Under the pieces are notes generated by a model, which was not told the origin of the DNA, made no database searches, and saw only the letters and a program-made list of their open reading frames with translations. Both the position numbers and the translations under genes were made by a program. A stretch of 64,000 nt of DNA from Alphaproteobacteria bacterium (lineage in GTDB: Bacteria > Pseudomonadota > Alphaproteobacteria > UBA828). Below, piece by piece: positions 17,716 through 26,889 of the stretch. The DNA is taken from contig CAXXMU010000002.1 in the NCBI GenBank assembly GCA_963667785.2, positions 352,001 through 416,000 on the forward strand, given 5' to 3'. Each line of letters starts with the position of its first letter. Within the stretch, counting starts at the first letter, position 1.

Positions 17716-18603
17716 ATGGCTCGTATCGACATTCAGTTCACCCTGTTCTCCGCCTTCTACTCGCCGCTGATCGCGACGATGGCAGGCGGGTTCCTGGCCG
17801 AGGAAGGTCTGGAGGCGGAGTGGTCGGTCGCACCGCCGGGAGGTTCCGCCATCGCGGCTCTGAAAGACGGCGCGGCCCATGTCGTGCAGTCGGCGCCGAG
17901 CCAGGCCTTCGGGCCGCTGTCGAAGGGCGAGGACCCCGGCGTCGTCCACTTCGCTCAGATCAACGAGATGGACGGCTTTTTCCTCACCGGGCGGGCGGGC
18001 GACCCGGATTTCGACTGGCACAAGCTGGACGGCGCCGAGGTCGTGCTGTTCGGCGGTGGCCAGCCGCTCGCCATGTTCAAGTATGCCTGCCACAAGGCGG
18101 GTATCGATTACGGCCGGCTGAAGGCGATCCACCCCGGCAATGCCCTGGAGATCGACCGCGCCTTTCGCGACGGTGTGGGCCAGTATGTCCAGCAACAGGG
18201 ACCGTTTCCCCAGCAGTTGGAAGCGGATGGCATCGGCCGCGTCGTGGCGCAGGTCGGCCGGCAGGTCGGCCGCTGCGGCTTCTCCAGCTTGTGCGCTCGT
18301 CCGGATTGGCCAGAAACGCCCATGGCGCGGGCCTTCACACGCGCGTATCGCAAGGCGCGGCTCTGGCTCAACGAAACGCCGGCCGCCGAGGTCGCTCGTG
18401 CCGAGCAACCCTACTTTCCGGAGATCGGGCTGCCGGCGCTCGAACGCTGCATCGCTGCCTACCAGCAACTCGGCTGCTGGGCGCCGCATATCGAGATCAC
18501 CCGCGCAGCCTACGAGGCGACGCTCGATATCTTTGCTTACAACGGCCTGATCTCCGAGCGCTTCGCCTACGAGCGGGTCTGTGCAGCGCCGCCGGAGGAC
18601 TAG
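17716..18603 (+). CDS. NMT1/THI5-like ABC-type substrate-binding protein (no signal peptide evident)
   Basis: SAFYSPL...GFLAEEGL, HFAQINEMDGFFL; AAGGAG RBS. Confidence 0.75.
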   Translation: MARIDIQFTLFSAFYSPLIATMAGGFLAEEGLEAEWSVAPPGGSAIAALKDGAAHVVQSAPSQAFGPLSKGEDPGVVHFAQINEMDGFFLTGRAGDPDFDWHKLDGAEVVLFGGGQPLAMFKYACHKAGIDYGRLKAIHPGNALEIDRAFRDGVGQYVQQQGPFPQQLEADGIGRVVAQVGRQVGRCGFSSLCARPDWPETPMARAFTRAYRKARLWLNETPAAEVARAEQPYFPEIGLPALERCIAAYQQLGCWAPHIEITRAAYEATLDIFAYNGLISERFAYERVCAAPPED

Positions 18604-18695
18604 CCCAAGTTCCTCGCCACGGTCACGTCGGAGACCGCCCTGATGACCGAGAAGGGGTGGGAACCGCTGAACCATAGGCGGCACGAGAGAGTCCA

Positions 18696-18896
18696 GTGAG
18701 ATTGGTCGCCTGGAACTGCAACATGGCCTTGCATCGCAAGCTCGACGCGCTGCGGCGGCTGCGACCCGACGTGGCGGTGGTGAGCGAGTGTGCAGAACCC
18801 CAGGTAGTGGCCGAGCGGGCTGGCCTCGCTTCATCTCCGGCGCCTGCGGCGGATCTGGCCGACGGTGATAGTAGGGCGAAGCTCGTTTCCGGATAG
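18696..18896 (+). pseudogene. truncated endonuclease/exonuclease/phosphatase-family gene
   Basis: RLVAWNCN...PDVAVVSEC matches the EEP N-terminus; stops after 66 aa. Confidence 0.6.
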
Positions 18897-18934
18897 CTCA
18901 CTCGCATGCGACGGTTTGGTGACGGGAGGCAGCC

Positions 18935-20068
18935 GTGGATAACCTGGAAAGACTCGATTCTCTTCTTCGAGAGATCGACGCGTTGAGCCGGCATTCCGTC
19001 GGCTACCCTTGCAATCACGACTTCGACTACACGGCGCTGCTGCCCTTCATGCGCTACGTCATCAACAACGTGGGCGACCCTTTCCACGACAGCAACTTCC
19101 AAAGCAACACCCACGAGATCGAGCGCGAGGTCATCGGCATCTTCGCCGATCTGATGCACATCTCGCGCGAAGGCGTGTGGGGCTACGTCACGTCCGGCGG
19201 CACCGAGGGCAACATGTACGGCCTCTACCTCGCGCGGGAGCTCTATCCGGACGGCGTGGTCTATTTCTCGCAGGATACCCACTACAGCGTCGTCAAGATC
19301 ATGAGCGTGCTCAAGGTGCGCAACATCATGATCAGGAGCCAGGACAGCGGGGAGATCGACTACGACGACCTCCGCGAGACGATCCGCATCAACCGGGACG
19401 TGCCCGCAATCGTGCTGGCGAACATCGGCACGACGATGAAGGGCGCGATCGACGACGTGAGCAGGATCCGCGGCATCCTGGACGACCTCACGGTGACCCG
19501 GTCATACCTGCACGCGGACGCCGCCCTGAGCGGCATGATCCTGCCGTTCGTGGATGACCCGCAGCCCTACGGGTTCGATGCCGGGTTCGACAGCGTGTCG
19601 ATCAGCGGGCACAAGATGGTCGGCTCGCCGCTGCCCTGCGGCGTCGCGCTGACCCGGCGCGAGTACGTCTCGCGTATCGCGCGCGCCGTCGAATACGTGG
19701 GCGTGCTGGACACCACGCTCACGGGCTCACGCAACGCCATCACGCCGCTGATGATGTGGTACGCGTTCGAGCGGAAGGGGCTGGAGGGCTTCAGGCGCAT
19801 CGTGAACCGATGCCTCGATACGGCGGAATACGCGGTCGGGCGCTTCAACGACGGCGGCATCCCGGCGTGGCGCAACAGGAACTCCGTCACCGTCGTGTTT
19901 CCCAGGCCGCCGGCAGACGTCGTGCGCAAGTGGCAGCTCGCGCCGTACGAGGACATCGCGCACCTCATCGCCATGCCGCACATAACGCGCGCGACCATCG
20001 ACGCCGTGGTGGACGACTGCATGCGCGGAGCGACGGCACCGAGAGACGAAACGGAGACAACCGCATGA
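18935..20068 (+). CDS. hdc: PLP-dependent histidine decarboxylase-like enzyme (group II; serine decarboxylase not excluded)
   Basis: GYPCN, INNVGDP, GYVTSGGTEGNMYG, THYS, HADAALSG, SISGHKMVGSPLPCG (PLP lysine), TGSRN. Confidence 0.85.
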   Translation: MDNLERLDSLLREIDALSRHSVGYPCNHDFDYTALLPFMRYVINNVGDPFHDSNFQSNTHEIEREVIGIFADLMHISREGVWGYVTSGGTEGNMYGLYLARELYPDGVVYFSQDTHYSVVKIMSVLKVRNIMIRSQDSGEIDYDDLRETIRINRDVPAIVLANIGTTMKGAIDDVSRIRGILDDLTVTRSYLHADAALSGMILPFVDDPQPYGFDAGFDSVSISGHKMVGSPLPCGVALTRREYVSRIARAVEYVGVLDTTLTGSRNAITPLMMWYAFERKGLEGFRRIVNRCLDTAEYAVGRFNDGGIPAWRNRNSVTVVFPRPPADVVRKWQLAPYEDIAHLIAMPHITRATIDAVVDDCMRGATAPRDETETTA

Positions 20069-20457
20069 CCAGGATCGTCGTCATCGCCAACAACGAGGCG
20101 GGCGTCATCGCCGACATCGCCGGAGCCTTGGCCGAGCGCAACATCAATATCGAAACCATCAGCGCTGAGGCGCTGGGGGAGAAGGGCGCGATAACGCTCA
20201 CCGCGGACGACCACGACGGCGCCCTGCGTGCGCTGACGGACGCAGGCTTCAAGACGGTATCCGACGAATCGCTGGTCCTCAGGCTGCGGGACGAGCCGGG
20301 TGCGCTGGCCAGGCTGGCGGAAAAGTTCAGGCAGGCCGGCGTGAACATCCGGAGCCTGCATATACTGGACCGCCGAAACGGCTACGCCACGGTCGCCATA
20401 TCCGCAGATGATCGCGCCAGGGCGGAGTCGCTGGTGGAGCCGGATGCAGCGGTGTAG
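20065..20457 (+). CDS. tandem ACT-domain protein
   Basis: Two ACT repeats (NEAGVIADIAGALAERNINI; DEPGALARLAEKFRQAGVNI); ATGA overlap with the decarboxylase. Confidence 0.85.
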   Translation: MTRIVVIANNEAGVIADIAGALAERNINIETISAEALGEKGAITLTADDHDGALRALTDAGFKTVSDESLVLRLRDEPGALARLAEKFRQAGVNIRSLHILDRRNGYATVAISADDRARAESLVEPDAAV

Positions 20458-20512
20458 GGGAAGAGACGAGGCGCGAGTCGTGTTGCGGTGAAGGCGCCTT
20501 GATCGGCGCCCG

Positions 20513-20943
20513 CTACTCCCGGCTCTCCCTGACCCAGCCGTTCTCGAACACCGGGCCGTCGCAGCCGCAGAAGCGGGCGATGCGGGCGAGCTCGCGCCCG
20601 ATGCGCTCCAGCCGCCCCTTGCCGAGGCGCACGCCCCGCTCGGGCCAGAGCGCCCGCACGCTGAGGCGGCCCTCCCGGCGGCGCATGTCGATGCGCCCGA
20701 CAAGCCGGTCGCCCTCCAGAAGCGGGAAGGCGTAGTAGCCGTATTCGCGCTTCTCCTCCGGCACGTAGATCTCGATGCGATAGCGGAAGCCGAACAGCCT
20801 TCGGCGCGCCTGCGGTCGCGCAGCGGCGGGTCGAAGGGGCTGAGCACGCGCACCCCGGCGGGCGGCTCCGGCGCCCGCTCGGCCCGCTCGCACAGGTCGG
20901 GGTGCGCGAGCAGTCGGCGGACCTCGCCGAGCTCGCGCGCCAT
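20513..20943 (-). pseudogene. frameshifted C-terminal remnant of YcaQ/AlkZ-family DNA glycosylase
   Basis: [13 protein letters not shown] in one frame continues as [37 protein letters not shown] in another; N-terminal portion missing. Confidence 0.75.
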
Positions 20944-20957
20944 GACGGGCCCTGGGT

Positions 20958-21419
20958 TCAGAGGGGCAGCTCGGTCGTCGATTTGATCTCTTCCATAGAA
21001 AGCAGAGAGGTGATGTTGAAGATCTTCACCTGCGAAATGAGCGCCTGGTAGAAGTCGTCATAGGCCCTGGCGTTCCGGACACGGACTTTCAGGACGTAAT
21101 CGACGTCGCCGGCCAGACGGTGGGCCTCCATCACTTCCGGGCGCCCCTTCAGAGTCTCCAGAAACCGGTCCTGCCATTCCTTCTGGTGCTCGGAGGTCCG
21201 GATGAGCACGAAGAAGCACGCCTCCAATCCCAGCTTGTCAGGGTCCAGGAGAACCGTGTTCTGTCGAATGATCCCCGCGGCCCGGAGCTTTCGTATTCTG
21301 TGCCACACGGGCGTGCGCGAGGCGCCGGCAATCTCCGCGATGTCATCGAGGGAGCGTGAGGCGTCCTCCTGCATCGCCGCAAGAATTTTCCGATCGACGC
21401 CATCGAGCTGGACAGCCAT
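20958..21419 (-). CDS. Lrp/AsnC family regulator (DecR-like), divergent from cysG
   Basis: LDGVDRKIL...HTH...[13 protein letters not shown]. Confidence 0.9.
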   Translation of the reverse strand: MAVQLDGVDRKILAAMQEDASRSLDDIAEIAGASRTPVWHRIRKLRAAGIIRQNTVLLDPDKLGLEACFFVLIRTSEHQKEWQDRFLETLKGRPEVMEAHRLAGDVDYVLKVRVRNARAYDDFYQALISQVKIFNITSLLSMEEIKSTTELPL

Positions 21420-21565
21420 TTCGACCTCCGCTGCAGACAGAAAATTATTTCTAATAGTGTTGAGACATCACATGATTTGTCCTTATTTTTCCACCATACT
21501 ATCACGAACTTAGAAATTATGTACTATTTGTCGCCACCAAGCGTAATCGGCGACAGGCGGTCTCC
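21420..21565. promoter_or_regulatory. AT-rich divergent promoter region between the Lrp regulator and cysG
   Basis: Sharp AT-rich tract (AGAAAATTATTTCT, TTAGAAATTAT) between divergent starts. Confidence 0.55.
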
Positions 21566-22969
21566 GTGCAGCATTTCCCGATCTTTCTCCGTCTCGCGGG
21601 CCGGCAGGTCGTGGTCTCCGGCGCCGGGCAGGCTGCGGTGGCCAAGCTGCGCCTGCTGCTCAAGACCGACGCCGAGATCACCGTATTCGGCCCCGACCCG
21701 GAACCGGACATCCTGTCTTGGCACCGCGAAGGTGCGTTGCGCCACGACGAGCGCCGCGTGGACGCCGGCGACCTCGACTGCGCGGTGCTCCTCTATTGCG
21801 CGAGCGACGATCCCGCCGACGATGCGCGCGCCGCCGCGCTGGCCCGCCGGCGACGAATCCCCGTCAACGTCGTCGACGATCTCGAAGGCAGCGACTTCAT
21901 CACGCCCGCCATCGTCGACCGCGACCCGGTCACGGTGGCGATCGGGACCGAGGGGACGGCCCCGGTGCTGGCGCGGAACCTCAAGGCGACACTCGAGGCC
22001 CAGCTGCCGGCGTCTCTGGGGCCGCTCGCTCGCATCGGCCAAGCGTTCCGGAGCAGGTGTGAGAGCGTACCCGCGGGCCGCACGCGACGGGCGCTCTGGT
22101 CCGAGTACTTCTTCCGGCGTGGCCCGCGCGGCTATGCCAGGGAGGGCGAGAAGGGCGCACGCGAAGCGCTCCGCTCGCTGCTTGACGAAGCCGCGAGTGC
22201 AACCCGCCCTCCGGGCCTGGTCTCCTTCGTGGGCGCGGGGCCGGGCGACCCGGAGCTGCTCACACTGAAGGCCCGCAACCTGCTGCACGAGGCGGACATC
22301 GTGGTGCACGACCGGCTGGTCTCCTCGCAGGTGCTCGAGCTTGCGCGGCGTGACGCGGAGCGGGTCTCAGCCGGCAAGTCGGGATACGGCCCGTCGTGGC
22401 CGCAGGCGCGAATCGACGCGCTGTTGGTCCAGCATGCCCGGGCGGGCAAGCATGTGGTCCGCCTCAAGTCCGGCGACCCGGCGGTGTTCGGCAGGCTGGA
22501 CGAAGAGATCGAGACGCTGGAGGCGGCTGGCATCCCGTGGGAGGTCGTTCCGGGAATCACGGCGGCCGCCGGCGCGGCGGCGGACATGGGGGTCTCTCTC
22601 GCGCGCCGCGGGCGCAACTCGGAGCTTCGTATCCTCACTGGCCGCGACGTTGAAGGCTTCGCCGAGCACGACTGGGCCGTCCTTGCCCGCCCTGGATCAG
22701 TCGCCGCGATCTACATGGGAAAGCGGGCGGCCGCTTTCCTGCGCGGGCGCCTGCTGATGCGCGGGGCCGCGCCATCGACGCCGTTGACGATCGTCGAGAA
22801 CGCTTCGCGCCGGGACAAGCGGATCGTCGCGACGACATTGCTCGGGCTGCCCGACGCGCTGGACGAAGCGCACCTTGCGGGACCGGTGGTGCTGATGCTC
22901 GGCATCCTGCCCCGCGATGCCATGAGCAAGGCGGAAACGGACTGCGCGGCCCAGCAGGAGGCGGTCTGA
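21566..22969 (+). CDS. cysG: siroheme synthase
   Basis: FPIFL N-terminus, DFITPAIVDR, GAGPGDPELLTLKA, RLKSGDP, VPGITAA. Confidence 0.93.
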   Translation: MQHFPIFLRLAGRQVVVSGAGQAAVAKLRLLLKTDAEITVFGPDPEPDILSWHREGALRHDERRVDAGDLDCAVLLYCASDDPADDARAAALARRRRIPVNVVDDLEGSDFITPAIVDRDPVTVAIGTEGTAPVLARNLKATLEAQLPASLGPLARIGQAFRSRCESVPAGRTRRALWSEYFFRRGPRGYAREGEKGAREALRSLLDEAASATRPPGLVSFVGAGPGDPELLTLKARNLLHEADIVVHDRLVSSQVLELARRDAERVSAGKSGYGPSWPQARIDALLVQHARAGKHVVRLKSGDPAVFGRLDEEIETLEAAGIPWEVVPGITAAAGAAADMGVSLARRGRNSELRILTGRDVEGFAEHDWAVLARPGSVAAIYMGKRAAAFLRGRLLMRGAAPSTPLTIVENASRRDKRIVATTLLGLPDALDEAHLAGPVVLMLGILPRDAMSKAETDCAAQQEAV

Positions 22970-23271
22970 TGGCCCGCGCCTTCAGGCCCTGCGTTCTGAC
23001 CGCGAACGACCTCTTCGACGGCGACGTGGTCTACCTCGCGCCGGACGGCGCCTGGACGCGCCGCCCGGGCGGCGCGCGCCTCTTCGAGGACGAGGCGGAG
23101 GCCAATCGCAGCCTTGCGGCGGCCGAAGCGCAGGAGGACGTCATCGTCGGCCCCTATCTGGCGGCCGCTGCGCCCGGAGGGCGTCAGGGCCCCAAACCGG
23201 TCCACGTGCGGGAGGTGCTGCGCGCGGCCGGGCCCTCCAACTACTGCCACGGCAAGCAGGCGGGGAGCTGA
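22969..23271 (+). CDS. DUF2849 family protein
   Basis: VLTANDLFDGDVVYL...VGPYL...REVLRAAGPS; typical position between cysG and cysI. Confidence 0.85.
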   Translation: MARAFRPCVLTANDLFDGDVVYLAPDGAWTRRPGGARLFEDEAEANRSLAAAEAQEDVIVGPYLAAAAPGGRQGPKPVHVREVLRAAGPSNYCHGKQAGS

Positions 23272-23274
23272 CCC

Positions 23275-24945
23275 GTGTACCGATACGACAGCTTCGACCG
23301 GGAATTCGTTCGCAATCGGGTCGCGCAGTTTCGCCAGCAGGTGGAGCGGCGGATCGACGGATCGCTCACCGAGGAAGAGTTCAAGCCGCTGCGGCTGATG
23401 AACGGGCTCTACCTGCAGCTGCACGCCTACATGCTGCGCGTGGCGATTCCCTACGGAACGCTCGACAGCCGCCAGATGCGGCAGCTGGCCCGAATCGCTG
23501 AGCGCTGGGACAAGGGCTACGGGCACTTCACCACCCGACAGAACGTCCAGTTCAACTGGCCTAGGTTGAAGGACGTGCCGGACATCCTCGATGCTCTCGC
23601 GGACGTGGAGATGCATGCGATCCAGACATCCGGGAACTGCGTCCGCAACGTCACCGCCGACCATTTCGCCGGCGCGGCCGCCGACGAGATCGCCGATCCC
23701 CGCCCGACCGCCGAGCTGCTCCGGCAATGGTCGACGGATCACCCGGAATTCGCGTTCCTGCCCAGAAAATTCAAGATCGCGGTGAGCGGCTCCCCGGTCG
23801 ACCGCGCCGTGACACGCGCGCACGACATCGGCATCCGTATCGTCCGCAACGGCGCGGGTGAGATCGGCTACGAGGTCTCGGTCGGCGGCGGGCTCGGGCG
23901 CACCCCGGTGATCGGAACGGTCATCCGCGACTTCCTGCCCGAGGGAGATCTGCTCCCCTACGTCGAGTCCATCCTGCAGGTCTACAACGCCATCGGGCGC
24001 CGCGATAACAAGTTCAAGGCGCGCATCAAGATCACGGTGGGCGAGCACGGGATCGAGGCATTCCGGCAGCGCGTCGAGAAACGCTTCCGGATTCAGCGGA
24101 GGGCATTCGAGGGTGCGGACCGGGCGCTCTTCGAGGACATCCGCACGATGTTCGCAGCGCCGGCATACATCGAGGCGCCGACCGGAGCGTTCGACGCGGC
24201 GCTCGCGCGCGATCCGGCGTTCCGGTCATTCGTCGACATCAATCTGCATCCGCACCGGAATCCGGACTACGTAATCGTCACCGTCTCGCTCAAGGCCCAC
24301 GGAGCGACGCCGGGCGATGCCACCGCGGAGCAGATGCGCGTCATCGCCGACCTGGCGGAGCGCTACGGCCATGACGAGATCCGGATCAGCCACGAGCAGA
24401 ACTGCATCCTGCCCCACGTGCACAGGTGCCACGTGCCGGCGGTGCATGCGGCGTTGCGAAAGGCGGGGCTCGCCACCGCCAACGTCGGGCTGGCATCGGA
24501 CATCATCGCCTGCCCGGGGATGGATTACTGCAATCTGGCCACCGCCCGCTCCATCCCCATCGCCCAGGGAATCGCCACCCGTGTGAAGGAGCGCGGGGAC
24601 GAGCGCCTTGTCGGCGATCTCAAGATCAAGATTTCCGGCTGCGTCAATGCCTGCGGCCACCACCATGTCGGCCATATCGGCATTCTCGGCCTCGATCGCG
24701 CCGGCGCCGAGAACTACCAGATCACGCTCGGCGGTGACGGAACCGAGACCGCTGCCCTCGGCGAACGCACCGGCCCGGGCTTTGCCTCAGATGACGTCGT
24801 CCCTGCCGTTGACCGGCTGATCGACACCTACCTCGAGCTCAGGTCAGACGAAGACGAAGCCTTTCTCGCGACCTACCGGCGCGTCGGCATGCAGCCGTTC
24901 AAGGCGGCGCTCTATCCCGACGCCGCACTGGCCACAGGAGGCTAG
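23275..24945 (+). CDS. cysI: sulfite/nitrite reductase hemoprotein
   Basis: TTRQN, LPRKFKI, CPGMDYC...SGCVNAC siroheme/[4Fe-4S] ligands. Confidence 0.93.
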   Translation: MYRYDSFDREFVRNRVAQFRQQVERRIDGSLTEEEFKPLRLMNGLYLQLHAYMLRVAIPYGTLDSRQMRQLARIAERWDKGYGHFTTRQNVQFNWPRLKDVPDILDALADVEMHAIQTSGNCVRNVTADHFAGAAADEIADPRPTAELLRQWSTDHPEFAFLPRKFKIAVSGSPVDRAVTRAHDIGIRIVRNGAGEIGYEVSVGGGLGRTPVIGTVIRDFLPEGDLLPYVESILQVYNAIGRRDNKFKARIKITVGEHGIEAFRQRVEKRFRIQRRAFEGADRALFEDIRTMFAAPAYIEAPTGAFDAALARDPAFRSFVDINLHPHRNPDYVIVTVSLKAHGATPGDATAEQMRVIADLAERYGHDEIRISHEQNCILPHVHRCHVPAVHAALRKAGLATANVGLASDIIACPGMDYCNLATARSIPIAQGIATRVKERGDERLVGDLKIKISGCVNACGHHHVGHIGILGLDRAGAENYQITLGGDGTETAALGERTGPGFASDDVVPAVDRLIDTYLELRSDEDEAFLATYRRVGMQPFKAALYPDAALATGG

Positions 24946-24946
24946 C

Positions 24947-25390
24947 GTGGAACGCGGGAGCCCCAGGATTCTCGTCCGCGACTCCGGGTTCCAGGACGAC
25001 GACTGGCGCGGCGAATTCATCCAGTGGAGCGGAGAGGGCGACCGTTCCGCTCTGCCTCACGGTGTCGCGTTGGATGTCGAGAACACCGTGCCGGCTGAGG
25101 ACATCGTGCCCCTCTTCGGGCGCATCGCTCTGATCCGCATCGCCTTTCCCTCGCATATGGACGGCCGGGGGTTCTCGCTGGCCCGTTATCTGCGCCTGCT
25201 CGGCTACCGCGGTCGGCTTCGTGCATCCGGCCGCTTCCTCGCTGATCAATACGCCATGGCCCGGCGAAGCGGCTTCGACGAGGTCGAAATCGACTCGACG
25301 CTCGCCGAGCGGCAGCCGGAAGAGCAGTGGCTGTTTCGCGCGAATTGGCGGACACACGACTATCGGGAGCGGCTGGGCCGGCGCCTGTAA
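24947..25390 (+). CDS. DUF934 family protein
   Basis: FP...DGRGFSLAR.LR..GYRG.LRA.G...DQ...ARRSGFD. Confidence 0.85.
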   Translation: MERGSPRILVRDSGFQDDDWRGEFIQWSGEGDRSALPHGVALDVENTVPAEDIVPLFGRIALIRIAFPSHMDGRGFSLARYLRLLGYRGRLRASGRFLADQYAMARRSGFDEVEIDSTLAERQPEEQWLFRANWRTHDYRERLGRRL

Positions 25391-26082
25391 GGCGTACGCG
25401 GGCGTGGAGTTCGAGTATCACACCACCGGGGGCGAGGTGACGCGGCTCGAGTTGGGGCTCACCGCCGAAGACGTAACGGAGCCTGGAGCGCAACTGGCGC
25501 AGCTCGGCGAGGAACCGTGCTCGACCGAGCACTGACGGGGAAGCCGGGCGGAGGGCGATGTTCGGTGGCGAGACGTTCATCGTGCGAATCGACGAGGACG
25601 CCTTGGCCCCGCGCGGGCATGGCCGTGGCGTAGGTACGTGGCGGGAAAGCGGCTCCGCCGGCGCATTGACCGGTGCCGAGCCGTTACCAGCTGTTGCGAT
25701 GAGGGCGTAGGCGGCGAGCCGCGTCTCGTGCAGTTCAATGGCGGTGCTGGCCCTCGCGGGTGGACGCCTGCGCGGCATCTGGTATTCGTTCGGCGAAGCC
25801 GTGGTAGTTTGAGTGAGCGGCGGTTGTGTACGACCGCGCTGACCGGGAACCTCTTGGCCGCGCACCCGATCTCCTGCGCAGGCTCGGCGGTTCCACGGCT
25901 TGGCCGAACGGATTCCGCCGCAGAAGTCAGAAATGGGCTGGAGTTTACTTCTTCAAGCCTACTTGGTGTGTATGTTCCCAAATCCGCTGTCGCGGTCACA
26001 CTCGCGCTGTCTTCCAACCCATTGAGTTGAAACGACTATTCGTGTCAGCGCGGCAGGCCATACTAGTGGTGAGAAATACGGG

Positions 26083-26790
26083 CTAGTTCTTGACGAAGTG
26101 ACCCAGGTAATGGCGGCTTTCCGCTCGAAGGTCGCCCGGACTTACGCGAGCATCGTGAACAAGACGCTCCGTACAGCAGACATACGCGACGTTCGCCGCC
26201 TGAAGCATACGCAAACAGGGAACACCCCGCGCGTTCCGGATATATGTGTCGGCGATTTCGCAGGGATGGAGGCGTTCCGGTGACGCCACGCACTCTGCCA
26301 TTTCTTCGATCGGCACGGGCACCACGTAGACATGCCTGTCTCCAGGTCCCCTGTTGACGACTATCCGGTTCCGGCTCTTCCACCTCGAGGACAGGTCGAG
26401 TCCATCCCACGTGTCGAGGTGCAACCCCAGCCTCAGACCCGATCCGCGATCCACCGTGATCGAAGGATGAGTCCCGTGATCGACGGAAGCGTCGAGCGCA
26501 ACAACCGGCGACAGGCTGAGAAATGGCGTGAAGTCCAATTCCCTCTCGGAATTCACGTCGCAAGGGAAGAGCGCAACGAAGTCCAGCTCGTCCTCGATCG
26601 TCAACGCGTCGAGAGAGGCGGTGTATTGTTCGATCTCACGTTGGCCCAGCCTTCGGAAGTCCACGGGCAACCTGGCGTCGGGTCGGTAATCGACGGCGTC
26701 CGGACAAGACTCGTGCGCACAGACGAGCGTTTCGCTGAACGAAATCAGATCGCGCACGTCGCCGAGCCTGCGGTCGACGTAGATTCTCAT
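26083..26790 (-). CDS. putative Fe(II)/2-oxoglutarate-dependent oxygenase (RiPP tailoring candidate)
   Basis: HxD in GLHLDTWD, distal His in LVHD, beta-strand-rich segments in between; directly downstream of the rSAM gene on the same strand. Confidence 0.55.
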   Translation of the reverse strand: MRIYVDRRLGDVRDLISFSETLVCAHESCPDAVDYRPDARLPVDFRRLGQREIEQYTASLDALTIEDELDFVALFPCDVNSERELDFTPFLSLSPVVALDASVDHGTHPSITVDRGSGLRLGLHLDTWDGLDLSSRWKSRNRIVVNRGPGDRHVYVVPVPIEEMAECVASPERLHPCEIADTYIRNARGVPCLRMLQAANVAYVCCTERLVHDARVSPGDLRAESRHYLGHFVKN

Positions 26791-26889
26791 CGAGGACTTG
26801 CTGATACCGGCGCGAGAACGCGTTGACGCCGCGAATTACCTGGATTCATAAGGGCCCCCATGCCGCAGACCACAGGCATGTCGACTGCC

